32,000 nucleotides of DNA, taken from assembly GCF_003367075.2 (NCBI RefSeq), contig NZ_CP065936.1, positions 1,830,001 to 1,862,000 of the forward strand, given 5' to 3'. This stretch comes from Cylindrospermopsis raciborskii Cr2010. GTDB lineage: Bacteria; Cyanobacteriota; Cyanobacteriia; Cyanobacteriales; Nostocaceae. Positions 31,747 through 32,000 of this stretch are shown here, piece after piece; the first letter of the stretch is position 1; every line of letters begins with the position of its first letter. The notes under the pieces were generated by a model. That model worked only from the letters and a program-made list of their open reading frames with translations, was not told the origin of the DNA and made no database searches. A program made the position numbers and the translations under genes.

Positions 31747-32000
31747 TTACGGGATGAAAATGCGTCTTGCGCCTTGATACTCTTCAATATCAACTACAAT
31801 ATCAACCAAACGATTAACGCAGCGATTGCGATAATCTGGCTCGGAAAGTAGTCGATCAATATTACCGATTGTAACGACGGGTAATGATGTGGGGGTATTT
31901 TCCTCCCGCATCACTTGCTCCAGGGAATCTTTGCCTTTCATGCTTCGGTTACCGGTGATCAGGATCATCTGATTGGCTTGAGCATACCGCCAAACAACGC
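31747..32000 (-). CDS. PIN-like / DUF5615-like protein (5' end beyond window)
   Basis: The frame stays open to the window edge: VVWRYAQANQMILITGNRSMKGKDSLEQVMREENTPTSLPVVTIGNIDRLLSEPDYRNRCVNRLVDIVVDIEEYQGARRIFIP*. Confidence 0.5.
   Translation of the reverse strand, partial: VVWRYAQANQMILITGNRSMKGKDSLEQVMREENTPTSLPVVTIGNIDRLLSEPDYRNRCVNRLVDIVVDIEEYQGARRIFIP

Overview
This is a cyanobacterial chromosomal window. HIP1 GCGATCGC octamers are abundant, and the gene content and rRNA operon layout (16S-tRNA-Ile-tRNA-Ala-23S-5S) fit; a Nostocales/Raphidiopsis-like host is only an inference.

Positions 1-7.6 kb are ordinary core genes: partial selO, bioB, a petL-like 30-aa gene absent from the ORF track, aroB, a zinc-ribbon Ser/Thr kinase, a PstS-like membrane protein and nadC. 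Positions 7.75-12.84 kb are a complete rRNA operon. Positions 12.87-20.17 kb are accessory DNA. It contains a 330-bp higher-order tandem repeat, relics of an ATPase/nuclease-like gene pair, a Uma2 gene, a membrane/coiled-coil/WD40 protein, dispersed HIP1-bearing repeats, and fragments of DUF29, peptidase M15 and PIN-domain genes.

Positions 20.17-31.31 kb are a compact minus-strand BREX-type defence operon. Its order in the transcription direction is AAA ATPase, putative PD-(D/E)XK protein, pglX, DUF1016_N fragment, pglZ, brxL. pglX is split by an IS630/Tc1-like element of about 1,047 bp with a TA duplication. Removing the element and one TA restores an in-frame ORF of about 1,158 codons. A decayed partial second copy of the ATPase/nuclease cassette lies just upstream.

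The main candidate for something less described is the ATPase + putative nuclease pair embedded in, and translationally packed with, the BREX genes. brxA, brxB and brxC are not visible in the window. Family names come from recognising protein motifs by eye; no database was searched.
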